Assembly (NCBI GenBank): GCA_027604505.1
Contig: JADIIX010000002.1
Coordinates: forward strand, 1-64,000
Source of the DNA: Gonapodya sp. JEL0774
Lineage: Eukaryota
Length of the DNA stretch: 64,000 bases
Direction of reading: 5' to 3'
The notes below the pieces were generated by a model that had not been told where the DNA came from, made no database searches, and saw only the letters and a list, made by a program, of their open reading frames with translations. The number at the start of each line of letters is the position of its first letter. The stretch's first letter is position 1. A program made the position numbers and the translations under genes. Positions 13,729 through 26,938 of the stretch are shown one piece after another.

Positions 13729-16700
13729 TCAGAGTGCACCACCATACCTGTTCTCCATCCACTCCCCCCCAGGCAAGCTTTTGGCTTCTTCGCGGTCACC
13801 TTCCCTCCATGTACTCCTTGCATCTTCAGATGAACCGCTTCTGGCCAAGCACAAAGTCAGATTGAAACGAGCACGAGCATCCAGGGGGGCGAAGGCGTTG
13901 GCTCGGCGTGCCCACCGGAGACTATCGTCTGGATATCCGAGCAGTGAACTGATGTAGGTGAGAGTGAGGAAAGTGGATAGCTGGGGGCAAGGTGAGATCA
14001 CTCGAGTGACTGCTGAGGCGGGAATGAGCTATCAACAGCAAATACCTTGTTCTCTTCTCGCCATAACCCATCCACGAATACTCTTGCTCGCTTTGCTGTT
14101 TTCCACATCGCCACTACATCATCACGTGCTTCAGCTGTCCCTAGCGTACCACGTCCGATTATCGTCTGCCGCTTCCGTTCCTCGGTCAACAGTACCCATA
14201 TGTTGACCGCCTCAAAAAAGTCTACACATCGCTCCAATAGGTTCCGTGTGCGCTCTAATGCAACACGGGCTGACGCCAGTGCGCGGGCAACCGGAATCGC
14301 TAGCTCTGGGTCAAAGATGCCTTCTTTGGTGAACTTTTCGAGGGCATCGAGACATTCCTGTGCCAGTCGCTGCCTCACTTCACGGGCGACAGCGGGGTTG
14401 GTGGCTGCGTGTGCCATCAATTTTGCCCACACTACAAGAAGCTCTCGCTCAGTGATATCACCGCGGGCAGGTGTACCCTCCTCAGCCGCCCGTTTTACGC
14501 ACCACTGTCCAGCCTCGATGGATTCCCTTCCTCGTGTCCATGATTGCGGCAGTCCAACGTCATCAGAATCTAGCGCTACATCTTCCTCCATGGGAGCAGT
14601 TGCCTCCATTCTTGACAGGCGCAAGAAAACTCTGCCCACGGGCACACCCTCCTTTGCGACAGCCGTTGGATCTTGTAGAGCAAGCCGGGCTAGCACGGCC
14701 AGTGCGTCTCGCTCTGCGGAAATATCCCCAGCGTTTCGAAGTGCAAGACAAATGTTAAAGAGGAGGGTTGTTGTTGGGGTATGCAACCGAACCGACGTGT
14801 GAAGGGGGATTAGGGCCATTTTAGGAAGACCCTGGAAGTTTCGAAAAGATAGCGCATTAACACTTCTCTCTCTTCTTCGCATTCCGACGGACAAAGGCAC
14901 TTTATTCGACGGTGAAGCACTTACCATCCTGCACCTCGAGATACCGAGCATCCCCAAACCTGCCGCCCGTAGAGCATCGCTCCCCCGAGAATGCGAGCAA
15001 CGCTCAAAGCTTGCCGCCGCAGATTCGAAAATCCCCCCCCGGTAGGCGGCCAAACCCACCGCGAGCCAAGCCCACGACCAGTCGGCGGGGGATTGGTTGT
15101 CAAGGGTTTCAAGCGTTGACTGAATGGATATGACACAACGGCTGAGACGTGGAAGATCCGAATCTGATAGGGGGGCGATATTCGAGAGGAGGACTGCAAT
15201 GCCAATGACTTGCGCTGCCACTGACACCGTTGCCTCTCCTTCTGGAGTTGACGGATATGCAGGGAGTGAGTCTAAGCCGCGAGATTGTCCGGTCGTCTCA
15301 AAGCTACTGGATGCTTCCATGTTCTCACCACCTCCGTGCAGTGCTACAACACTCTCCACACACCGCATGACAGATTCTCGCGTAGCAGCAATCTCTGAGA
15401 GCCGCAATGACGTCACTTCCTTCGGCAAAAGGGGCCTCCGCAGAGCCTCCACCGCACACCGCGTCAGTGTCGCAAGTGTTAATATTCGTCTCACAGCAAG
15501 AGCAGACAAATCGCTGCCCTGCTTCATTCGCTGCCTCAAGCACTGGAGTGCATTCTCTAACACCGCAAGTACCCCGGCCTCCCCCTCATTTGCCACCGGC
15601 AATGAGTCACCACGTGCCCAGTCCGCGGCGCTCTTCACCGCACGAACGAGTCGGGCATCGCCATCGGGATCGATTAGGTGGAGGGGTCGGGTCGAGGGGG
15701 TCGAATGAAGCACACGATGGGCAAGGTGTGCCCACAGCGGAAGGTGGGCGCGAATGAGGGAAGGTGAGGGTGTATACGGTCGAATGGGAATAAAAGACGC
15801 TGTGGATGAGATGGGTGAGACGGTGAGATACCGAGTGAGTGGCTGGGAATAAAAGTAGATGAAGAGGAAAGGGTGCACTCACATCGCCTACAGATTGCAG
15901 TCAAGTGTGTGAGCAGGGATTTGGCAGTCGAGGTGTCAGCCAACTAAATGTTCCCATGGAAAAAATAAATGAGCGAAAGGAGCTAGCGGAAAATCTCGCC
16001 ACAATACGTCGCTCACGAGAAACTCGAGCAAGGCAACCATGACAGTCATAGAATCATCTGAAAAAGTGTTTACCCGCAGCACAGTGTAAGCTGGACCTGG
16101 CCCATCAGTTCCACCTTGGGTAGAGTCTACAATCATGGCTTCGCCGCTTTGGTGGTGTGGTGCACCACCGTCTTCGTGGTCCGATATTGCGCCAGTCCCA
16201 ACCTTTCTCGTTATGATCAAGTCCGAAATGCCTTTGGCATCGAGGCTGGACGGTCCCCCGAGGGCAAGCTTCGCACAAACGGACCAGTGTCTACACCGCA
16301 ATAGAAATGCTGTGGTGTTGGCAGAGGCTCCGCGTATGCTTCTGTCACGGCAGCGGGTGAGGAGCCAGTCGCGAAAAAACCTCAACGTCTCGATATAGGC
16401 TACCGGATCCGTTGCGGCTAATGTCCGTCCGCGAGGTGGAACGAGGGGTTGAGGGAATAATGGAAACCCGTTCTCAATGTCCGGACCAGATCGAGAGATG
16501 CTATCCTGCTCGTCATTGTTCGACCGCCGGAGGGCCGAGTACGTCCGTTCAGTGAGGTCCTCAGCGAGCTCGTGATTGAACGCATTCCATGCTTCATCAG
16601 TCAAATCAGGAGGGTTACCAGTGGAGTTCGGAATTCCCTCGCCATTCACTAGTACCGACGGAGAAGACCGGCGACCATATTCGTGCTGGAAGGCCTCGAG

Positions 16701-17039
16701 TATCCTCGCGGTGATCTGAGTAAGCTCCGTGAAACGACCTTGATCATAGAGCAGTCCGAATACATCGCACAAGCACTGGTGATTGCTCGACTCCGTCTCC
16801 CCACTCCCGTCACTTCCGAGCCCAAGCGATCTAGAAAAGCTGGCGGGCCAATTCTCAGTGCCACAGTCACAGACGCTGTTCGTGCCGGCACTTTCCGCAG
16901 ATTTAGTACCAGTTAAGGAAGAGAGAGGGAAGCGCTTTTTTCTTTCTCTCAAATGTAATTCGGCATTGCGAGGATAACTCCCATGAGCGTTAATCGAATC
17001 TGTCCGCCTGCCCCGGTCTGGGGGCATCCATTCGTTCAC
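13729..17039 (-). CDS. Large hypothetical helical-repeat (TPR-like) protein
   Basis: Consecutive long minus-strand ORFs (367 aa, 626 aa, 90 aa) separated by intron-sized gaps. TPR-like segments (WAWLAVGLAAYRGGIFESAAASFERC; APLDARARFNLTLCLARSG). Confidence 0.6.
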
Positions 17040-17420
17040 TGCGTCTTTATGTATACAATGACTCGGTACGGACGGCGATTCAAAACTAAATTTTCTCTGG
17101 TACTCTCATGGATCGTGTTGTTACTTACATTCTTTCGAATCAATATCCGTAACGACCAATTACATATTCTAGAACTGTTTCCATGACATTGAGTCGCGGA
17201 TTCAACTTCCCACCTACAGATGACGTAGTACGTGATCACTCTATACGAGATTCCGACATATGAGTGCAAATGCAAACAAGTAATTCAGTTTTGCACGATT
17301 CGGAATCACATGGATGTTCGAATCTTCGCTTTCTCCTCCTTTGGTCGGATCGCATGAAAGGGATGCATGCACAGCTGAAGAATGGGCACATTTCCTCGAC
17401 ATTTTTCGTGAACCGCGGCA

Positions 17421-18616
17421 ATGGATTTTCAACTTTCGATGGCGCTCCACATTGATGATTCGCAGGTGAGCTGATCGAAACCGTCTTAACGTCTTAACCG
17501 CCAATCGCGACTTATTCCTTCCTCATCCCCCCTCGCCTTGGATTCCTCATCACTCGGTTTTCGGTAGCAGGAATTCTACGTTCGCGGCTGCCTTGCTCAA
17601 GGAACGCAACTTCAAGGTTTGCAAATGTCTTATTTGATTGAACCCATTCTTGCCTTGTTCACGTTACCCCGTTTGGCTGTTTGGGTCCGTCCGTCCGATA
17701 AGGGTTGCACCAACCTCCAGGATCCCACCCCTCACCACAATTACAACACCACCCACCAGCTTCACAACATGAATGTCGCCCGGCATACGTTGATATCCGC
17801 TTTCCAGAAGACTGTGATCAACTCAGGCGTCTCCTCCTTCCTCGAGACACCGGAAAACGCCGCCACAGAAAGATCACCGACAAGCCCCCTCGCCCTCTGA
17901 ACGCGTTCATGCTCTACCGCCAGATATTATCGGAGCAGCTTCGAGAACTCGGGATTGACATTATCGACGAGTTTCGGCGGGAAGGCCACAAGTTACCGTT
18001 TAAAGAAACTTCGCGGTTGCTTGGCACGTGGTGGAAGAACGAACCAGAGCAAGTAAAGAAAACTTTCAAGAATCTCAGTCATCTGGCGGAAGAGGAGCAC
18101 CGTCGCATGTGGGTTGGATGTTTTCTTTTGAATTCAACGCAAAGATACATCTAATAATTTTACGCCATGGCCTCGAAAAGGTTCCCGGCGTACAAATACC
18201 AGCCTGAAGCTCGAGTTGCAGTCACGAATCGCAAGAAAAAGCCCACCGCGAAAAGATTCCAAGACAGATCGCAGTCGCCTGACGAAACAGTCGAAGCCTC
18301 AGACTTCGAAATGAACACACCAGACCCAGAGTCACCGGTGCATTTAGAGTTACCACTTGATCAACAAACAATCGATGCCCTGAGCAACAACACCCTATCT
18401 TGGTACTACACAGTGCCACACCCCTCGTTCCTGCCATATCCTGGTGTGCTGATAAAACATGAGCCTGTCCCCGCTGTCGTATCGTTTGACATCGAGTACC
18501 CCGCCAGTCCAGTCCGCTCAGAGAATGAAAGCCCAAAGCTCTTGTCTCCATCGGAGCAAATGGCAGAGGAGGGAAGTCCCCTGGAGGATACGTTCGCTTT
18601 TGTTCCGTGGGAGTGA
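17421..18616 (+). CDS. MATA-type (Sox/MAT/ROX1 class) HMG-box transcription factor
   Basis: KPPRPLNAFMLYRQ..SRLLGTWWKNEPEQVKKTFKNLSHLAEEEHRRM|FPAYKYQP. An intron lies inside the box end (~18109-18180). Two short 5' exons splice in frame from ATG 17421. Confidence 0.85.
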
Positions 18617-18843
18617 ACACGTTTCAGTTATCCTTATTCCGCACGTACTTGAACGTTTGATAGACTGAAATAATATCTATGTACTATGTACGGTATCGTC
18701 AGCCAAGGTTGCCCGGGTTGTCCAAGACCGTTGAACCAGCTGCATCCCTGATGTGCAAACCGCTGGGGTGCCCTCATCACGCGTAGTCAAAATTTCTTCT
18801 CTTTGGCCCTATTCTGCCTGCCTTGTTCTTTCTTGCGCGTCAT

Positions 18844-21800
18844 TTACATAGTCACGCTTCTCAATTGTACTCGAGTCATGTTCGCCCCAGTGCGCCGCCA
18901 GGGGAGGGTGTGTGGCTTCAAGAACAACTCCAATGGTGACTTCCCCGGACCCAACGGCGCGCTGGTGGTTTGTAAATACAGCAAACCCACACAACCTCTT
19001 TTGTTGCGTGCAGCAGTGCCACTTATTTCATCCGTTTTCCCGAATCCCGTTCGTGCGGATGTGCTCGCAATGTCTTCCTCTGTCCATATGCATACCATTT
19101 CGTTGGCCATAATCCCCACAAATACATTTGACCTCCATGCCATAAGACAATGAATCTGTGTGAGGAAAGGCCTAATTGTTCAGGTTGGACTGGAAGATTG
19201 CCAGTCACTCCAACGGTGATGTTGTTCATACAGTTGGCCATTATGTAACTATGTAAGTAAACTCCCAAGTGCTGAACAATTCGCGCTAAACATGGATCCC
19301 ATGTGCCCATGACACCACAATCGCCGGCATTCCTGACAGGGGAAGTTGTGAGAGAGCTGGTACCACGGCGAGCGTCGATACATTTGCTCTTTACCTGCGC
19401 GCTTCGCCACTTCGATTCCGTAGGAGCTCTCCATGACTCCAAGTTCCACCTTGTATGTACAATCAATATGGCCCGCCTGAGATTAGAATACAAGCGTGAG
19501 TCTGTGAGAAATGAGTCAAAGGATGAGTTCGCCTGAACCTACATTCTCAATGATCCCTGTCCTATAATAACCAAGTGAGTGGAATGCAACACCAAAACTC
19601 GGTGTCAGTCTCGGTGTCAGTTCTCCATTCGTATGATCACCACTGGTCAGTTTTGGTAACTCGTGAAAGTGAGTTGTGAAAAGACATCGAGCGCGAACCA
19701 CGTTGCAGAGGTACCGCAACACCGCGTAGGCCAGGCGAACTCCATCAAGGGTGGACGTACCGCGACCAACTTCGTCGATTATGATGAAAGATTTGGAGGT
19801 CGCCTCTTTGAGAATGGTGGCGGTTTCCACCATCTCCAACATGAATGTGGATCGGTCCTCATAAATATCGTCGGATGCCCCAACCTTTGAAACGACTTTT
19901 CTCGTAAAATGAGCCTAAACATGCTCACAGGAAGCGTACGAACCCTGGTGAAGATCCTGTCAACAAGCCCGATGTTCGCGCTCTCTGCTGGAACAAAACA
20001 TCCACAGTGTGCGAGAAGGACAATGATGGCGCTAATTCAAACCGACAGTTTAAGAGGACTCCCAAAAAGGACCGAGCCAAAGACAAGGTCTACGATTACA
20101 TACTTTTGTCGAAGGAAAGTGCTTTTACCGCCCATGTTCGGCTTCAGATACCATCAGACCTCAACCATACTCTCGGATCTTCACACAACGTTGCAACTCA
20201 CACCAGTAAGTAGCCAGGTCTTTTCGGAGCCATCGAGAACACAATCATTGCTTTTGAACTGCGATGGTAATGCAAGGTTGCTCATTAAGACTGTTACGTG
20301 TTTTGATGTGAAGTGCATCGACGACGTACAGTCTGACCCCGTTCATTTTGCTTGACTTCCACAATCTTTTCAGAGTGTTAGATCACTTTCAGCAAGACTG
20401 CATACAAAACGTTTCTCACAGGATGCCGGCCTCCACGGATTTCGATAGAGTTGCTGGTAGATAGAGCAATCACTCATCCAGTGACGGCATCCGATAAACA
20501 AAAGACTACTAGTACACCTCACCTGTCGTTGACACTGGGGCAGACAAAACCATTTCGGCGTGCTACAAGCGCGAATGATGACAGAACATCCATTTCTGAG
20601 AGAGCTTGAATAGCTTTGAGGAGATCATCCGCGTGATTAAGGAGCTAGATCGCGAGACAAGGTTCGGTAAAACGAAAATGCACACTGGACATAACCACTC
20701 ACTTTTTTGCATGCATCATAGAAGATGGTTTTCTCTAGCTCTAGTTGACTCGCAGCAAGATCCATCGTCCTATGATGAATTTCAGACCACTTCTGCGCTC
20801 CGTGCGTGATAATACGTGATGTCACGAGATAATTTACACTCTCGAATGCCAGAAACCGAACTCACTGAATCCTGGTAACGTACACGGCCCTGAGATCCAT
20901 GACCTACTGATTTAAGTTTCGTGTCCTTCTCGTACTTCGAGGCCCAAAATTTTGAGATTTCGATGTAAGGTCCGAGAGATCCACTGAACTTCAAGCTTGC
21001 CGTACTTCCTACATTGAAGGGCGTGAGGCGTGAGAGTACCTTGAGAGATGTCACCCGATAACATACCATAGTGTCTTTGAATATCTTCTTGGAGGGCTGC
21101 TTTCCTTGATCGAAATCTTTGAGCATCAATTCGCAGTTCATCGAGTTCGACCGAGACTCCCGTCGGAATCATACCCAGTGTTGGCTTAGATGCTTGAGTT
21201 CCGACAGCGGAGGCCTCGTCCTCGCCATCGATACCTTCTTCAATCTCAGGCCTTGATGTTTCACCGTCTTCGGAAGATCTTGCCTCTACAGAAGACTGCG
21301 GAACCAGAGTAAGCCCAATATCTGTTGCGACAGATCGAAAGTCTCTCAGTCTGCTCAGGAGGTCTGGCCGTACAGCAGAGAACCCCGTCGCAGACTCCAA
21401 GTATTCACGTATTTTATCCACAAGCGCCATTGTATCGAGAACAGCGTTGAAGTCTGTGGGACCACCTCGCCCAAGCTTCATACGTTGAATGGACCTTTCA
21501 GCGTCTTTGATGCCAGCCATGTCAAGACAAAAGCGATCAAAAATGTCCTGATTCGCGATGAAATACGCAACCAGACTCTGTCGAGCGCGAATGACCTCTA
21601 GATCCCTGGAGGGGGAGCCTAGCCCGATGTGATGAATGGATGTCACGGCTCAGAAGATGCTTTGGAGGTTTCGAATACACGGTGAAATGACTAACCAAGC
21701 CAGCTGCGAAGCATTCGTTGTCCTCCCTTTGAGTGGGTCTTGTCGAGCATGTGCAAAATCGTTCCAACTCTCCCTCTTTTCTCGCTTCGGCCAAACAGTT

Positions 21801-23259
21801 CAATTGCGTCAACAGTTGCGGAATCCAAAATGAGCGTGTCTGTCCGAGCGAAGCGCCTTGGGATCTCTAGTGCCGGAGTAGACATAGCAGAGCTGTCAGG
21901 TCCGCTGAGAAGTCCTCTCACGTACTCGGCGACAGACGAAGCTGCGAACTCCTCAATGGTACTCATTTGTTCGCCAGGTTGCAACTTGTGGAAGGAAGGA
22001 CGCGATTTGGAATGATCTGAGGCAACTGAAATGCTGACTCGACCGTAGGTGAGGATAGCGGCAAAGATAGTGTAAGGAATCGATTTCTTGTCCGATGGAA
22101 GATGTTTGATGTGCAAGGGCAGTCCCGGGCCAGTCTCGAAACAGTCTTCGTTGCCTTTACACAGAGAATGGTGCAGTATCACTTCTCGTGGCTGAATCCG
22201 GAACAACTCTCCAGCGAGATCTTTCAGGTCGATTGTCGAATAGTAAAACTCTCCCGTAGCCACATCAAGCCAAGCCAGGGCTACACGGGAGGATGTCCCC
22301 TCAGAAGCGCATATAGACAGAACGAAGTTGTTTGTGTTGAGCATTCCCAAAGCGTCAAGAGTATCGTGATCGATAACAGTTCCGGGTGTTAGTACTTCGG
22401 AGAGATACCGGACGACCCTGGATTCTGGAAGTTAGAACACCTCATTTCCTCCCGAGAACAATCGTTTGGTAGAGTAAATTATCAACTAACCGTTCTCGAG
22501 TCCCTTTGCCCCAAGGCAGCAACTCTAGCTTCTGCACATGTATAGCCACCTTGCGACCATTCTCTAGAAGAGTTTTGATAAACGCATCTCTGGAGATAAC
22601 TGGAAACCCCGCACGCGGTTTTCCCTTAGAGGGGCGTGCGATGCGGATGTTGAGCTCGGCGGCAACTTCTTCCAGGTAGCCACTCTGCTCATATATTTCA
22701 AAAAAGCTCCCAACCTGAACCAAATGCTACGAGCAGAACAGGAAGGTGTTGCTTTTCTATCCCTTGTGGAATCTTTGCCAAACACTCACTACGCAATCGG
22801 GTCGTGTTTGGTGCGCCTGAAAAACCGTGCATCCATACCGAGAACGGAGGAAAGGTAATTAATTATGACCCATTGGGAATACCCATGAAGAGCGCACCAT
22901 CGATGTTTGAGACTGGTTATTGAACGACGAACCTCAGAAATGTACGAATCCAGACTTTGCGAAGGAGGAGCTCGGGGACTGTAAAAGCATTATCAAAAGT
23001 AGTAGAAGAATCGGTTACACCATCATTAGAGCGCCTACCGTGATGACGAACGCGGCCGCTGACTGGTGGCCAAATCGGCCCGATCCCATCGTCGCCAACA
23101 CGATCCATCAATAGTGACGGAGAAGACAGGAAAAAGCGCATTGGAGCTCCTCCCAGCAAATGGAGTGATTGATCGAAAGTGTTGGACCGAAACCTTGCAA
23201 TTAAATTTGGTTCCTCGATGGCGCGAAGCGCGGCAACTTGTACTAAGTAGAGCAGGCAT
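18844..23259 (-). CDS. MSH1: Mitochondrial MutS homolog
   Basis: Domain [16 protein letters not shown]; domain [30 protein letters not shown]; Walker [43 protein letters not shown]. Basic N-terminal presequence-like region. Many introns; the exact 3' end is uncertain. Confidence 0.85.
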
Positions 23260-23458
23260 TCGAAATCGCGAGATGTTGTGGATATTCAGAAATCGATTTG
23301 GAATCGCTTCCATTCTGTGGGAGTTGCTCGCGGATACGATACCCTGAAATGCGAGGACCGCATCTATCAATGAACTTTGGTCATCATCTGTGGTTTGCGA
23401 ACAACAAGACTAGCACTTGCACTTCCCCCTCTCAGACGCCAACGATGGTCCTTGATTG

Positions 23459-24151
23459 ATGATGGACCATTCGATGCTGTCGGCGTTGTTCAGCATCGTG
23501 GGCTCACGGAGTGTCTCTCGTGGCGGAGTTGGGTCTTGCCAACGACGTTCCTCTCATACTCGCACCGGGAGGGACTTCGAGTTACGGGCGATGAACTTTC
23601 TTCAGAATCGTCTCGGAATGACACTGCTCCATCGAGGAAAAACTGGTGATGAAGGGGTGGACCTCATCGGGCGTTGGATCTTTCCCCCACAACAAGACAA
23701 CCCATTGAAAGAGCTCCGCATCATCATTCAATGCAAGTCGTACAACAAAGCGCTCTCTCCGGTCCATATTCGTGAGCTTGAGGGTGTTCTTTCCCGACAT
23801 GCTTCCGCACATCCAGCAACAACACGAAACCACGACCAGGTTCTGGAGGGCGAAGTGCCGATCATAGGAGTTCTCGTTGCATCACGGGGCTTCAGTGCGA
23901 AGGCCAGAGAGCAATTTCGAAGCTCGCAGTGGCCTCTCCTGTTGGCGCACCTGCGCATACCACCACCCCACTCGGACTACACAGCTGATGAATTCATGAC
24001 ATGTGACAGTGTTCAGACGCCACAACAAGTGGTGAACCCGCCCAACCACCTTGATATTGCTCGGGCTAATTTGATGGCAAACAGTCGGGCTGACCTGCAC
24101 ATTCCCCTCCAGATGTTGACTCTAATGCGCAATTTGACTGTGACGGATTGA
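23459..24151 (+). CDS. RRG7: RRG7/DUF2034-like mitochondrial restriction-endonuclease-fold (PD-(D/E)xK) protein
   Basis: GRDFE..GKTGDEGVDLIGRW..IIIQCK..SPVHIRELEG..GVLVASRGFS, the Mrr-like D..QxK pattern typical of DUF2034. Confidence 0.75.
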   Translation: MMDHSMLSALFSIVGSRSVSRGGVGSCQRRSSHTRTGRDFELRAMNFLQNRLGMTLLHRGKTGDEGVDLIGRWIFPPQQDNPLKELRIIIQCKSYNKALSPVHIRELEGVLSRHASAHPATTRNHDQVLEGEVPIIGVLVASRGFSAKAREQFRSSQWPLLLAHLRIPPPHSDYTADEFMTCDSVQTPQQVVNPPNHLDIARANLMANSRADLHIPLQMLTLMRNLTVTD

Positions 24152-24445
24152 GGATATTAATTTGGTTGTGCCCTATGGTGTTTTACTTCTGTCTGTCTAT
24201 ACTTGGTGAAAAGATATGGAAATGCACGCGTTGCGGAGCACCAGTTTGATTCAGTCAAATTTGTAACGGTACTATATATTATTATCACACAAGCTCTAAA
24301 TTGCGCTCACGTTACAATCTCTCCCGTTGTGTTGAGAACGATACAGGTACATCAATCCTGAGATTAAAAATGTCACTTCCGTAGCCCACAATATGTATAA
24401 CAAAATCGTTCCAAGAGCGTAGCAACTAGCAGTAAGCAAGATCAC

Positions 24446-26938
24446 TCAGGCTTTGGTGGGCTCCTCCGAGCTGCTGGCGCCCAGAGCTGCGGTTTCCTCA
24501 CTGGCGGGCTCCGGCTCGGGCTTTTTCTGATCATTTAAGGAGGGACGACTTGCATGAGAATCCGGTACCAAGAGTCAATGCGCTCTCTTGCACTCACCAC
24601 TCCACCAAACATCGCAGCCTCCATGTCTACCTCGGAATCCTTCTTCTCAAACTCTTCAGAGTCGGTAAAGGAGATTTCGTCAGACTCCTTGTAGTTGCCA
24701 GTGAGCTTCCTGAGCCACGCAGGGAGAAGGGGAACACCCTTGAACTTCTCCCACGGCGGAATCTCTCGAGCGGAGTCGTCGGGAACAATCTTGCCTCCCG
24801 ATGCGAATTTCAGGAATGCGGTGACACCGTTGATGGCGATGTACATGCCGATACCACCTGTTATTTGCGTGTACCACGGTGGTATTCAGGCAAAATTCAA
24901 GAAAACTGACTGTCCCCCAAAAAAGAAACTCACCAATGAGACCGTAGGCGACAGAGTAAGTGAGGGGCATGAGAGCGATGCAAACAAACGCGGGAATGCT
25001 ATTTTTTCATTTGAGATTGCTATTTAGTGCACTGTCGCTGATGAATGCAGGGAATTAAGACTCACGAGTCACCGTAGTAGTGCCAGTTGATCTTCGCAAT
25101 GTTGGACGACATCATCATGCTACCAACAATGAGGAGCGCGGGACCGGTGGCCCAGGGAGGGAACGAGGCGAAGATTGGCGCAAAGAACAAGCTGATGAAG
25201 AAGCAGACGGCCACAAAGAATGCCGTGAGACCCGTCTTTCCGCCTTCCGCGATACCGGCAGCAGACTCGATGAAAGCAGTGACGGGGGAGGTTCCCACAG
25301 TGGAGCCAAGCATGATGGAGACACCGTCCGCGATGAAGGCAACGTCACCGCCCTCGAATTCGCCTTTTGCGGGGGATGTGGAGGACCAGTCAACACGATG
25401 GACAGAACTTGGGACCACTTCCAGTACATACCTCGGTTGTTGGTCAATCCAGCAAACGATGCCATCGAATAGAGAGTACCGGTGGTGTCAAAAATGTCGA
25501 CGTAGAGGAAGGTAATGAGGGCAATCCAGACATCCTTGCTGCCGTAATCGAACTTGAGTACACCACCAGTCTTTGCCAACGAGGGAGCGTCAACAACTTT
25601 CTTGAAGACTGGAATGATGTCCGAGTATCAGCCAGTTGTTCGAAGACATACACGGAGCTCGGAGAAGGCACTTACACACGAAACGATCTGTACCGGCGGC
25701 GTCATTGGTGAAGTAGTTGATTTTGTTGGAGTCAGTTTTGATCCAAGAAATAATAGAGATGAAGAGGATACTGATCTGAAACGTGAAATTTCACGAGGAC
25801 TCTGTCGAAATGGACGCGAGTGCGGAACCACCGGCTCGAAAAGAACCCACCAAGATAGCACCACGAACGCGGAACATGAGAAGCAATCCCATGAGAATGA
25901 AACCAGCGATTCCAGCCTACGAGTAGGTCGGATGAGGTAATGAAACTCGGCGGACGCTCCAAAGAAACAACTGACCCAAAGCTTGGCGCTCGCCATCACC
26001 CCACCCAAGCAAGTTCCATCGTCAGCTTTGAGGGACGCATCGCACCCTCCGAGCGTGACAAGCGTCGCGCCATCGTTTGTGACGAGACCAATTCCCTCGG
26101 AGCTCTGAGCACCGATAAACGCGAGGAAAAAGCCGATACCGGCACCCATGGCGAGTTTGAGCGAGTGAGGGATCATACGGGCCAGCCATTGGCGCAGACC
26201 AAAGACGGCAAGGGCGGCGAAGATGATGCCCTCGAGGAAGATGGCACCCAGGGCGGTTTCGTACTTGACCGAGCCAGTACCGTGGAAGCCGACAACTGTT
26301 ATACGCGGACATATGAGCTTGGGGAGGAGAAACCAAATATGCAGATATCCTAGTTCACGAACCAGTGTAGGCGAAGTAGGCGTTGATGCCCAGACCGGGA
26401 GCAACACCCAATGGGAGGTTAGACAGAGTTCCTAAGGTTTTGTGGTAGCGGTTAACTCGGAGTAATGTACCCAACAACAATGAGAATACACACCAACAAG
26501 CAGTGTTCCAATCATAGAACCTATGGAAGTTGCCGTAATCAAACTTTTACGAGTTTCGAACAGACATTGATCCTAATAATATGTTGGCGCCGATTGCAAA
26601 GAGTTAGAACAACGCAATGTGACAACCTTATGAGACGACCCACGTAAACGGGATCGATTCCAATGACCGCGCAAATTCCTCCAACCTCGCCACACACACA
26701 AGGCCCACCAGAGTCCGTGAGGATAGAGGCGTTAACAGCAATAATGTACGCCATTGTGACAAATGTCGAGAGACCAGCACGGAGCTCTGTTGTGAATGTG
26801 GTTTTGCGTTGGTTCATTTTGAAGAACCTAGTCATCAACGTTCAGAATCGATGATTGTCACGGGACAGCTTATAGCAAGATGAACACTCACTTTCCGATC
26901 GCGCTGTCGTTGAACGACTTCTGCCATCCCGTAGCCAT
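24446..26938 (-). CDS. azgA: AzgA-family purine (adenine/guanine/hypoxanthine) permease
   Basis: [89 protein letters not shown]. Multi-exon; the last exon is KKPEPE..PTKA*. Confidence 0.92.

Noticed and set aside
23459..24151. Bacterial Mrr-type restriction/defence gene
   Set aside because: The motifs and context fit the eukaryotic mitochondrial RRG7/DUF2034 family; there is no methylase or prokaryotic operon context.
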